From Camelus dromedarius (Eukaryota), in NCBI RefSeq assembly GCF_036321535.1, contig NC_087437.1, positions 61,258,001 through 61,322,000 of the forward strand: DNA of 64,000 nt, written 5' to 3'. Made by a program: the position numbers and the translations under genes. The notes beneath the pieces are model-generated. The model saw only the letters and a list, made by a program, of their open reading frames with translations. It was not told the origin of the DNA and searched no databases. Shown here piece after piece: positions 1 through 11,780 of the stretch. The stretch's first letter is position 1. Each line of letters opens with the position of its first letter.

Positions 1-1162
1 AAGTGCTTGAGCAGAGAGAAGGAAAGAAGGGTGCTCGAGCAGGGAAAGGAAGCACTACAAGTGGTGAGCTGTCAGCCACGATGGCCAGTAGGGACAGGCC
101 CCCGTGGGCTGAGGGGTCTTTTGATAGAAGGCTCTGCCATCGGTGGTGATAATTATTTTCTGCAACAGGGTCCTTTCTCAGAGCTCAGCCCTGAAACAAA
201 AAGCAATTAGCAGAAACTTCGGCAGGAACAAAGGAAGAGATAATGGGGTATATCCTTGGATTTTAAGGAGCCAGCTGTGAGATGAGAGAAATGTCCTGTC
301 TTTTCATCAGCTGGGCACTTCCTTTCCCTTGTTGATCAGCCAGGGTCAGTAAGCCTGCCTTACCACCTCTCTTGTTTGCATGTATGAGAAATAAAAGTTT
401 TGGCAGGATTCTTTTCTAAACCAAAGTAACATTTGTCTATTTGCTGAAGAAACCAAAAAGTTTCTGATGACATGATATTTTTCCAAACACTGGATTTGCT
501 GATTTAGGATTTAGATTTAATCATCTGTTTGCAAGTGTTTTCTTTACACATTTGTTCATTTTCCCCCTTTACATCAGCGGCCACCCAGAACTTCACACTG
601 TCCTTTCCAAGACCTCTTTTTTAAAACTTTTTTTTAAAGACCTCAACTTAGGCTGTGTTGGGCCATAGGGCACACAGTTTATCAGAAGTATTATTGCTTA
701 AGATGCCAGATTTGCACCATAGAGGAAGGGAAACTCAGTTATAAGTGAGAGTTACAGGCTGCAGATGTCAAAATGAGGAAGATGAAAATAAGAAAAACCA
801 AACTGATTCCATTGATATTTTGGAAACACAGTTAATACAATTCTTTAAATTCAATAACTCTGCTTATCAAAGGGAAGTATACATTCTGAGAATTTAAATA
901 AATCAGCTGTCTTGTAGGGACAATATGCATACGCTGCAATGCTGTCAAACATGTACCTAGATTTCTGTAGCATCAGTTACACCTATGAAGTCTTATTTTT
1001 AGAATTATTTGAGATTTTCCACCAGCATGAATATGAATCCAAATTTTGAAATAAAATGAAGTCTCAAATGAAAAATCAATGGATCCCATAAATATTCAAA
1101 TCTTCTCAAATTGTCCCACTCGGATGGTCCCTGAACCTTTTTAACAAAAATTCTGCCTTGGG

Positions 1163-1252
1163 CAGGGGTAGGAGGTATAACTCAGTGGTAGAGCACGTAC
1201 TTGGGTTGCACAAGATCCTGGATTCAATCTCCAGTGCTTCCGTTAAGGCGGA
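1163..1252 (+). mobile_element. tRNA-derived SINE (Vic-1-like)
   Basis: A box TAACTCAGTGGTAGAGC, B box GATTCAATCTC; 17-bp TSD AAAAATTCTGCCTTGGG at 1146-1162 and 1253-1269. Confidence 0.85.
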
Positions 1253-1329
1253 AAAAATTCTGCCTTGGGGAGAAGTCTGTAGAGCCTTGTATGTATGCAG
1301 TTAGTCTGTGTCATGGTTAGTTTCATAAT

Positions 1330-1590
1330 GAGGCAGTGCAGTGGTGTTGTTTAGGACTGGGTTCAAGAAGCTAGATTGCCTATGTTTAACTTCTGGTTGT
1401 CACCACTAATTAGTCATGTGACCTGCAGTAAGTTCCTTCTGTATAAATCCACTTTCCACACCTGGAAAATGGAGATAATATTAATTCTTATTTTTAAGGG
1501 CTGTTATGAAGATTGCATGAGCTAATACTGTAAAGGGATCAGAATTGTTCCCAGCAAACAATAGATGCTCAATAAATCTTAGCTGTTGTC
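1330..1590 (+). mobile_element. MIR SINE
   Basis: MIR core-like TGTGACCT...AAGTT...AAAATGGAGATAATA and 3' end GCTCAATAAAT. Confidence 0.75.
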
Positions 1591-4500
1591 TGTCATTCAG
1601 CTCTAATATCAAGGATGTTCTCAGCCAGATGGACCAGGTTCTTTCCCATCATTCCCTAACTAGACTGGTGATAAACTGGAGAAGGTAGTCTATGTACAGT
1701 GTTATTAGACTGCAACCATATGTGGATATCACATTATCCATGGAAAAGAGAAGACTATGAAATAGTAACACAATTAGCTAGTACATGGCAAAACTATATT
1801 GTGAACCCAGGTCTCTGCTCCAAAGGCCAATCTGTTTCCATTGAACCCTACTGAGCGCTCAGCACGAGATGACCATGTGCAGTGGCTTTTAAGGTAATGA
1901 ATGCGGCGGCAGACAGATGGGATTTGTAAAGACAGTAGCCTCTAGAACAGAGGAATTGTGGCCCTGCTCTGTTCCTCTATTTGACAATCTGGATTGGTCA
2001 AACTGTGCTTCCAAAAGTGACTAGTGGGTGGGGAGACATGGAATTGTGTCCTGGGGTGGTCCTTAGAAGGGATTAGGGTATTTAGCCTAAGGAGAGAAGA
2101 CAGCTGTGGACATAAGAGCAGTTTTCAAACAATAACCAAATTATTGAAAGCAGAGAGAAAAAGAATTCAGTTTAATATAGATAAAAACTTTTTAACAGTC
2201 TGGTTTGGGGAGTAATAAATTTGATCTCACTGGAAAGGCTGAGGAGAAGCTAGACAACCACTTGATGGGGTAGAGGAATTTTGTTAAATGAGTTCAATAT
2301 ATATTTATTGAACATCTGTTATAGGCCATGGTTGATACATGAGTTAAAGTTCCTTCCAAACTTTAAGTTCTGTTATGAAACTAGATCTATTTTGCCCAGA
2401 TGGGGCTAAATAGGACCTTATATCCTGCTCAAAACTCCGACTTTGACCACTATATATGTTGGCACAAATATTCTTGTAATTAATTTAAAAATTAATTATA
2501 TATTCTGCTTTCCCTGCCCTGAGTAACCTTTGCCACTTGCTATAACATACAGGCAAATTCCTAGTCATCTGGATTACTCCTGTTCCATGTTTTCCTCTGT
2601 GAGCTTCCTCTTAGCACAGAGGAAACAAAAAATAATTTAGTCAGCAGTATTAGGGTAGGAAACTGAAGGTTTCCAAGTACATTTTAAAGGAAAAAATGCA
2701 AAATAAAATGGAAAATAGTACCAACCTCAAAAAGCAACCCCAAATATATGAGCTGACCATTCACCTTCATTCTCTGGAACACATCCCGTTCCAATGTGCA
2801 GAGCTCCACATTTTTATTTTATGATTCTGGTCCTAACGTAATTGCCCGGGGCTTCAAATTCCAAAGTAAAGACAGTGGATACAGTTTGTCAAATAGGAGC
2901 TGAATGTAGGTTGGAGTGCTTCTCGAGTGGTGGCTGGGAAGAACTTCTGTGTGACTGGGCAGAGTTTTGCCATCATTGACCAAAACGTATTTAAAAGCAT
3001 TTGAAAAGACTTTACGTGTTCTAACTCTGCCTCCCAACTCATAAAACCTCAATCAATATTTGTTGAAGTGCAGGGTGATAGGAAGTTGAAACAGTGGGCA
3101 AAGTAACAGGGATAAGCCTTGGGAGTTGATATTTAACTTGAGCAAGTTGCTTGTCCTGTTCACTAGAAAGATCTATGCTCTGAGAAGGGTTATGGATTAG
3201 CACTGTGGTTTTCAAACACAGGTTATAGCCCACTGAGAAATCAGTTAATGGGTTGAAATCAGCATTTAAAAAAATTAAATAGAAAATTCCAGACTGCTTT
3301 GCACACAGCAATGGTACTATTTCATGAAACTTGTGTGTTGTGTATGAATACACACACATACTCACGTGCACGCACACTCACATACACTGAGTAGTGCAGT
3401 AAAGTGAATGTTTACTGTGGAGCGCAGTCACGAATGTTTGAGAAATGCTGACCTAAGATACCCCATTTAGCACTGGGCCACAGAGAGGATCCCAAAAAGA
3501 GCAAACGTTTTGGGATCCTCTATTACTGAGTTGACAGATTAATGTATTCTTATAAATTGTGATTAAATATACATACCATAAACAGATTAATGTTTTAAAA
3601 TATAAGGGGTAAAAGTCCTAAATGCCTTTGTCTAAAAACTAAAAACCTTCCATCCCCAATTTGCATCATACTGAAGGTTTGGGTTTACAATGCTGTCCTC
3701 CATCCCCCTTGTTTTTCCTCCGAGGTTCCTGGTCTGTATCTCCGTAAGAGGTATATGTTTTGATCTTGATCTTATGGGGCAAGTAGCAAAAGTTCCGTCT
3801 TGGACCTGTGACTGAGTTAGAGAGGAGAGTGTGTTTACATTCAATTGTACATTATAAAATTGTACATTAAAAAACAGATAAGCATAAAAATTAACTAGAA
3901 TCTAAATAGGCTTATAACTTGGAACAAGATTTAGAGAACTACAGGGTGCCTTGGTGAGCATATCAAAGTCTCCCCACCCCCCCTTTTTTTCAGATCTGGG
4001 CATGTGGCTGTCACAGACCCTGACTTGCTTTTATTTTTGTTTACATTTCACACTTGCATCCTTGCTGTTTGTCCTTTAAGTATAAATTGTTTCCTCAGCT
4101 ACATGGTTTGCCTTTTCAGGGATAAAGCTTCCTTTCAAATCTCTACATGTCTTTGCCTGACACACAATACTACTCCAAAAAAATGTTAATAATGATGGTA
4201 ATTAATTACCTTTCTTTCTCAGCCATTGTTCAATAACTGAGTCATTTTTACTGGAATCAGGGCTCAAAAGCCATTGAAGACAACTTTCCTTTTCTGGAGC
4301 CATAACCTCATTGCTAGTTGCTTAGAAATATTCAGTTTCCAGACTTCCTCCATCAGGCCATATTTACTCACTTGGCTTGGGCTCGGAACTAGCAGCACCT
4401 TATATTTCTATAGCCATGTAGTTTAAGGAGTTTTCCTACTTTTTAATTTACTGGTAAGGAAAGAAAGGGACATTATCTCCATGTGGTCAATGGGGAAACA

Positions 4501-5112
4501 GGTGTAGAGCCATTAAGTGCATGGTTCTACAGCACAAGTGGGTGACAGCTCTGGACCAGCTGCTGACTTCTAGGCTGGGGCTCTTTTCACTACCTCAGTG
4601 GCTTTCCTGGTTTGCTTTTTCCTGCTATTCCTCCCTCACGAAATAGGAAGACTCCTGCTTTCAGCTCAAGGTGAAGAAAAAGAGAGAGAGAGGGACAATT
4701 TTGCAGCTGATGATTCTTGTAAACATCTCAGAAGATGTAATTCCCCTGAGGTGTTTATGTAGAGTAGGATTTTTAATACACACCACAGCAAGCTGGTCTC
4801 CTATAGCTGAATGCTTTATTTCTTCCTCATCAGCTCAAATCTGGCCTTCAGACATCTCCCATGTTACTTTCCTGTCTGATTCTATTCTGTTCCACCTCGA
4901 CAGACTCAACCAAGAGTCTACCATGTGCCAGTTTACTGTGTGTTTTTAGGAGATTGCACCTGCCTTGTCTCATTTAAACCCACAGAAAACCTGTGAGGCA
5001 AGTATTTTTATTCTCATTTAAGAGCTGGTTCAATCCAGGTTCAAAAAATTTGAGAATTCCAGTTCCTTGACTCCAGGCTTTGTGCTCTTCCCCTAGATCT
5101 CCAGGGCCTGCA

Positions 5113-5182
5113 TGTATGTATGTATGTATGTATGTATGTATGTATGTATGTATTATTATTATTATTATTATTATTATTGTTA

Positions 5183-5214
<32 letters not shown>
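5113..5214. repeat. Compound microsatellite (TATG)n-(TAT/TGT)n
   Basis: Seen directly. Confidence 0.95.
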
Positions 5215-6384
5215 TAAGCACATTGTACATTCCCCTCCAACCTCCAGTTTGCTTTATGCAAAATCCTAGCATGCATGATTTTTAAAAATTTTTCTGCGTA
5301 ACTTTTGGAAGAACTGCAACAATTTTCAGTCCACTGTAAGGTACGTCTTATGTAAGTCTGTGGAAGGTTGGAAATTGAATAATATCAATTTCAGTTATGC
5401 TGGATAGTTGGTTTTTTTAAATCAAAGTATAGTTGATTTACAATGTTGTGTTAGTTTCTGGTGTACAGCATAGTGATTCAGCTATATGTATATATATTCT
5501 TTTTTCAGATTCTTTTCCACTGTAGCCTCAACACAGTGAATCCCTATCCATCCCTTCCCGTGCTTTAACTTTTTCCTGTGTAGATCCACTAAGGTGTGGT
5601 GATATTCCTGCTTATAAGATTTTAAAACATTTCTCCTTAGGGAGAGATTTTAGGGAATGGGGAGCATAACGAAGGTCAGCGAGCAGACCGCATGTATTTC
5701 CTCATTTTGGCACTTAAAGGGAAAGGCAGAAAGCTGAGGGCGGGAAAGCAGATTTGCATTTCAAAGAGCCGTTGTGCGTCCCTCTAACCTGGAAAGTGCT
5801 TTATCTGTAACCCTTTTATGGCCCCAGTCCTATTTTCATTTTGTGGCTGTTTGTAAACTTGTCTAACTTCGCTCAAAGGTTACCGAAGGAGAGAGTGGGA
5901 GAGAGTGAGAACGTTTGCAGGTTTAGAAAGTGATAACAATCTCATTTTATTTATTTATTATGCATTGTACAGTCCTATAATAATAATGACAATGAACATG
6001 AAAGCTTTTCTACAATTCTACCACCCTAACTAATCGCTTGTTTCTATTTTTCCTTCCATCCCCTCACGCATTAAAACACTCCGCAAAGCTCTGTGCTAGT
6101 CTTGGTGATTCATGGGCAGCTTTCACACATCTTAAATACAAATGTGCATTTTGCTTTTAATTCTTTTCCCCTTTTTCTTATCCTAAGTATTTCTGACGCT
6201 GCAAAACATTTAGACATGGCTTTAGCGACTACCTAATACGCCACCAACAAAATACACTTCAAGGAATTATCTCAGTGTAAGTACCCAGCACGAGGAGTAA
6301 ATGCCAACATCATTTAACCTTGCACTGCAGGACCTGAAGATCGGCCAAGGTTAGACCTGGAGCTCCGAAAGGAAAGACGCCTCC

Positions 6385-6460
6385 TAAGGTGTACGTGACG
6401 CAGGAAGTGACGCAAGCTCCACGGGGCGGGAGAGGGCGGGGCCAAGCAATAAACGGTTGG
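6385..6460 (+). promoter_or_regulatory. TFRC: TFRC proximal promoter (HRE, Ets + CRE/AP-1-like element, GC boxes, TATA-position element)
   Basis: TACGTG 6392-6397; CAGGAAGTGACGCA 6401-6414; GGGCGG boxes at 6423-6430 and 6434-6441; CAATAAA 6447-6453. Lies in a CpG-rich island, with the same motif order as I recall for the human TFRC promoter. Confidence 0.88.
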
Positions 6461-6469
6461 TTGAGGATT

Positions 6470-6540
6470 GACCGTCCCATCAGAGAGCTTCACCATCGAC
6501 GGGCGGCGGGTACGGGAGTAGCAGACGGGGAGGCGCCTGT
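6470..6540 (+). other. TFRC: TFRC exon 1 (non-coding, 5'UTR); start approximate
   Basis: Follows the promoter and ends at the donor GT|GTGAGT (6541); contains no ATG. Confidence 0.75.
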
Positions 6541-6923
6541 GTGAGTGACAAGCTGCTGCTAGAATCTCGCCGACCCCTCCAGTCCTCCCTTCAGCCTGCG
6601 GTCCAGCAGCCTCGGGGAGCCGCCGGTGGAGCGGCGCTGCGAAGAGAGGTTACCCTTTCTTTCTCTTCATCTGTGTGCCCTCCTCCTCTCGATAGCCGAG
6701 AGGCGTAGGGGATTCTCTGTTAAGGCCCCGAGGGCTGGATGAGGGATGCCCCACTGTCGCTCTGCGCCTTGCCATTCTGCTTCAGCCTCCTCAGGCCACC
6801 CAGATCTCTTGGCCTCACTAACTCAACCTTAAAAGATGCAGGCCCTCGTGGGACAGCCCTAGGCTGCAGGCTCGGGAGCAAAGCGTGAGCCACGCTGCCG
6901 CGGAGCTGACCCGCTCTGGGGAG

Positions 6924-6929
6924 CACGTG
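6924..6929. promoter_or_regulatory. Canonical E-box (MYC/USF type) in TFRC intron 1
   Basis: CACGTG in the CpG-rich part of intron 1; MYC regulation of TFRC through an intron-1 E-box is established in human. Confidence 0.5.
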
Positions 6930-9900
6930 GCTCTCAGGAAGTGTCCCTGGGAATGGCTGTCGGGGTGGTGGGTGACCTTGAGCTCATAGCCCTTGGATTC
7001 CTCGGGGCCCACCCAGGCCCTAGACTCTGAAACGGACAAAGCTGTCCTCAACTGCATTACGACTGTGTCCTGGGCATTTAGGTGGGCGTTTCTGTAAGCT
7101 GTATATTTGAACTCTGGTGCAACCTGATCTTTCAGCGCTGCCTGTTGGCCTTGTGTGTGGGCTCTCAGTTTTCCCGAGGCAGAAGCCAACTGAACGCCGC
7201 ATGTGTTCACATTAAGAATATTCAGGTTACTGGGCTCTCCTCACTATAAGATGGGAGACCACTGGGGATAAGACTTATGCTTTGTGAAAGCTATGGTCTA
7301 GAGGCTAAGTAAAAGCTATTTGGATTGGAATCAGCTTTTGCCTTCAGGAAATTAGAGGTATGGTATAAAAGTGCTGTGCTGTATTGACAAATGCCTTAGA
7401 GGCCCATTGTGTCACTGCTTCTGGTGGACAGCTCTCTAAGGTAGTACTAGGGAGGGTGGGTAAGAAAATAATATTTTGTGACCTGATTCTTGGGTTAACA
7501 TTTTCCCCTTGCCCACTGCTTTTTGGCGACCTTGGGTATATCAGGGAAATTGATTGCTGCTTTTTCGGATAAGAAGATTGAAGTAGGAAATGGTGGTCCT
7601 GTTACAGAAGTATTTGAATACCTGATATCTTCATTTGAGGCTTAGCTATGAATTTGGAATACTGGATGCTGATTCAGTTGTCTCTGAGCTTGGGCATTTG
7701 ACATTGTCAAAGACGTTTATTTAAAGTGATTTCTAGAAGTGGTTTTCTACTTTGGAAATTAAGTGTAGGTTATCTAAAGTATTTGTTGGCCCTGCTGTTT
7801 TGTTTTATTTCTTTTCTTCTCAATTTTGGACTATAAGAAACTCAATATGCTTCACAAGCAAATCCAGAATTTAAAATTTTTTATCATTGAGCTGAAATAT
7901 TTTCCAAAGTCTATGTATAGCATAGCACTCTTTAACTTTTCTTTGATAGAATGATCTTGTCAATAATGGTGGTTGTGAACCTAGCCTGTGCTGAAGATTG
8001 TTGGACAGAGAACAACTCAGCTAACTCTGCCCTAAGGAGTGGCAGTTATTTGCCTCTGATAATGTAGTTATCTGGAATGGAGAAGGTTCCCAGCTAAACT
8101 TGAATCAGACAATTGAAAGCCAGTTAAAAATGATCCTCTGAGGCCTTTTGGAACTCTTCTCTGTATGTGCTGTCTGTCTGCTCTCTCAGATGAACACTAC
8201 TCAAATAGACTGCAGTGACTTCAAGTTCCCGACCTTTGAGTTGAGCAATTTTTTTTCCAGAAAGCTAAATAAGAATGAAGATTTTTGCTTGTTTCTTTGA
8301 TTTCCTTCACTGCCTTTTCATTTGAGGTCCACAAAGTTAGACTCTTAAAGCTAGTAAAGAAACCTTGACCAACCATCTCTTTACAAGTCATTCTGCGTAT
8401 ACACAATTATATGAACTCTGAGAGCTGTGCAGAAGTTTTTGTAAGTTCCTGGAATCTTTTCATTTTCACCTGCAAATGCATAATTGTTTAGGGAAATTGT
8501 TTGCAAAATGGGTATCTATAACCAGTTGCTTGAGATCTTGGAGCCCTGCCAGGTAAAGTTTAACATTTTTCTACTTTTTAAAGTTTCCCTATGACCCAGT
8601 GATTTCAGGATGAATCAAAATGGTGGCAGGGATGAGAAGAGTCGGCATCCAAGGCTTTCATTATATTCTCTTTCATATAATTTCCAAATGATAAGAAAAA
8701 TGCACCTCATATACATTAGGCATGCCCTAATAACTGTTAAGAAATAAAGTATCTTTACTCTTTGTCAGTTACCACGTAATTCCATCTCAGGTATTATAGG
8801 ATAGGGAAATCAGCCAGAGAAGGCTTCATAGAGATGGCCCTTGAGCTGATCCTGTAAGAAATGAGTAGGATTTCAAGAACAGAGGGAGAATGTTAGGTAC
8901 AGGCAGGGGCTGGATTCTGTCTCATTTTGGAGAAGATAGTGAGAAGTGAAGATCTCTGGAACAAGAGCCTCAAAAGCAATCAGAGGAACTTCATTTTATG
9001 TGAGCTCCAAGGGCTTAAAACTGTGGCTTGTTTTCTAAATTGAAGTGGGCTTGTCAGTAGTCACAAACAAGTGTCTTATTTTTATTTCAGGTGAAATGGA
9101 GTAGCAGCTCTGGATGTTATATATATGTGCAAGTGTATTTTGGCACCTGATCCCCACACTCATTTAGCTGTATGTATTTTGTGCAGACCCTTGGTTTTGA
9201 GACACCCCAAAATAGCTTAAGACCTCAAGACCTCAAGATAACTACCGTATTTTTGAAAATTAAATAAAAATTAATGCCACATTTCAAGAAAGTAGGAATA
9301 GGATGATTTGAACTTGAAAGAAGTTTGGGACAGTAGTGTAGCTAGTACCTTTGCATACCTCCTGTCCCCCATCCCATGGCTTAAAGACATTTTAGAGCTT
9401 CCATTTCATATTTGAAATATGTAGGGCTCTGTTTTTGCTCACCTTAATTTTTATTATTGTGGGAAACTGAATTGTTTTTCGTTACCATTGAGAACACCAA
9501 AGATATACAAGGTGCTAATATGAATAAAAATCAAGGTGATGTTTGGTTTGTCTCTTGTAATAGATTATCAGCATTGGTGGTGACATCTTGAAATAAGCCA
9601 AATAAGAGTTGTTTGGCTTTTACATGTAGTCTTGTAACAGAACTACCTGTTTATAGACTAGTATATAACTGGTATGAAAAGTTTCTCTTTCATGCTTTCA
9701 GAGCACATGAATTAGAGTTATTTCAGTTGGAAGAAAATTCATTAAGGGGTTCTTTTAATTAGAAAGCTTTACTAAGTGTGAGATTATTTTGAAAGAATGA
9801 CTCACATTTATATGTAAAACTTCAAGAATAACTTCTGTAGATACCATAGAATTAACTGTGTTTTTCACAGATGTGAGGTTAAATGATGGAGTTAAAATGG

Positions 9901-10199
9901 GAATTACCTAGGTCACAATTGTTTTCCTCTGACTTGATTTCTTTTATGTTATAGTCTTAATTTTGTGTCTGGGGATTGAAGTAGAAATAATATATTTGTT
10001 TTCTCAGTAAAAAGTATACTTAGATTTTAGTTATACAAAATCATAATTACGTGTGCTATTAATATCTATCTATTTCTGCAGACTTGCAATCACTCAGTCT
10101 CTTATTTATTTAAATTCTTTACTTAGATCATTTAGTTAAATATGTTGTCATGTTAGTCTTAACGTTAGTTTAAAACTAGAAACCTTGAAGGATGGCTGG

Positions 10200-10375
10200 G
10201 TCAGATGAATGTTAAACTGGTGAGCTGTTTTTTCCTAGAAAAGGGTGATTAAAATTGGTTCAGGGTGGAGCCTTCTAGCTCTGGCTCTAGTGATTGGGTC
10301 TGCACAGTTCTCGAGCAGTGATAGTGATAAGCTTTTTGTACCAGGTGGGGGCAAGAGATTGTGCTTCTAAGAATA
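10200..10375. promoter_or_regulatory. Putative STAT5/GATA intronic enhancer of TFRC
   Basis: GAS motifs TTCCTAGAA 10232-10240 and TTCTAAGAA 10365-10373; TGATAG/TGATAA 10319-10330; CAGATG 10202; GGGTGG/GGTGGGG boxes. Confidence 0.6.
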
Positions 10376-11744
10376 AGATCTATTGCTTATTGGCTCTGGT
10401 CTTTAAAGCTTGGGGATTAAAAATTACTTTTTTGTTTTTAGGTTTTGATAGGAAGACTTTCCTAGTGCCAGTTGATATGTCTTTGTTTTGCAATTTGCCT
10501 ATGTATCTCAGCGTGCCTTGCGCTATGTGGGTGTTAAATGCACTGTTAGTGTACTTGTAGTATAGGAAAAGCTTTAACATAGTATGAAATAAGTGTCTAT
10601 TTTATACATCTTAACATAATATCACTTTCAAGTGTCTAGATGCACTCAAACCAAATTAATTGGAAAATCGAGATTTCAGTTAATACCTATGCTTTAAGAC
10701 TCTTGGTTACAGAGATGTAGTTTGCTTTGAAAAAAGTTAAAATTAATTTCTTTAATTTCTGGAGATGAGAACATGCCTTCTGTAAAACCCACTAACCACT
10801 GGACTTCATTTTTAGATTATCAGTTTTCAGCCTTGAACAAGTCACTTAATATCTCAAATAACTGGCCTTTTCATCTATAAAATAGCACACTCTGTGTTTT
10901 TTTTTTATCTATTCTTTTTGCATGAAGGATCTGTCAAATTATTTGTTAGGAACTATTCATTTAATCAGAGGTATCAAGTTGTCTCTCCTTTTCTATTGGA
11001 GATGGTTTGTTACTGATCTGTGTAGCATGTGACCAGTCTTAATTTTAGTTTAGTTTTTTTTTTAAAGGTTCTGGTCTATTGTCTTTTGTATTTGTCCCTT
11101 TTCTTTGACTACTAAATTCAGTTACTTAATTCTGCTTACCATGGATGACATTCTAACTAGTTTTCCTCACATTTTAATTAAAAAAAAACTTCAAACCTAC
11201 AAGAAATACTGAAACACTACAGTGTATATCCATGTACTCTTTACAGATTTCCACATTTGCTTTATTTCTTGTATACTTTTTTTAACTGAACTATTTGGAA
11301 GTTACAGATATCACAACATTTCATTCTTAAATTACTGGCATTAATCTCCTAAGAACAAGGATGTTCTCCTCCAAAAAAGCAACACCATTATCACACTCCT
11401 AAATCTAATATTGATACAGTACATTACCCAGTATATAGTCTGCATTCAAATTTATTATTTCTCTCAATAATGTCCTCCAAGCTGTCTCTACTCCCACCTC
11501 ACCTCAGTTCAGGATCTAATCAAGGATCACACTAAATTTAGTTGTCACATAAACTAAACATCTTGGTTAAAGAGTCTTTCTAGAAAGGTGATAATATATT
11601 TAAAATTAAATTTAATATACAATGATAAGTAATACTTAATCTAGTGTGGTAATGAAAAGCCCTTACTAATCTGATACAGTAGGATCTAACTCATTATATT
11701 AATTCTCTGTTTTAATACTAGGCTCTTCTGTGTGACAGCTCAGA

Positions 11745-11780
11745 ATGATGGATCAAGCCAGATCAGCATTCTCTAACTTG
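11745..11780 (+). CDS. TFRC: TFRC exon 2 coding part (exon starts 11722): [12 protein letters not shown]
   Basis: Acceptor TAG ends 11721; ATG 11745; donor GTAAGA 11781. Confidence 0.97.

Noticed and set aside
5041..5223. Poly-Asn ORF on the minus strand
   Set aside because: It is just the translation of a (TAT)n/(TATG)n microsatellite.
9075..9120. Strong acceptor TTATTTTTATTTCAG|GTG in TFRC intron 1 as a cassette exon
   Set aside because: No convincing donor or other support; such motifs are common in AT-rich introns.
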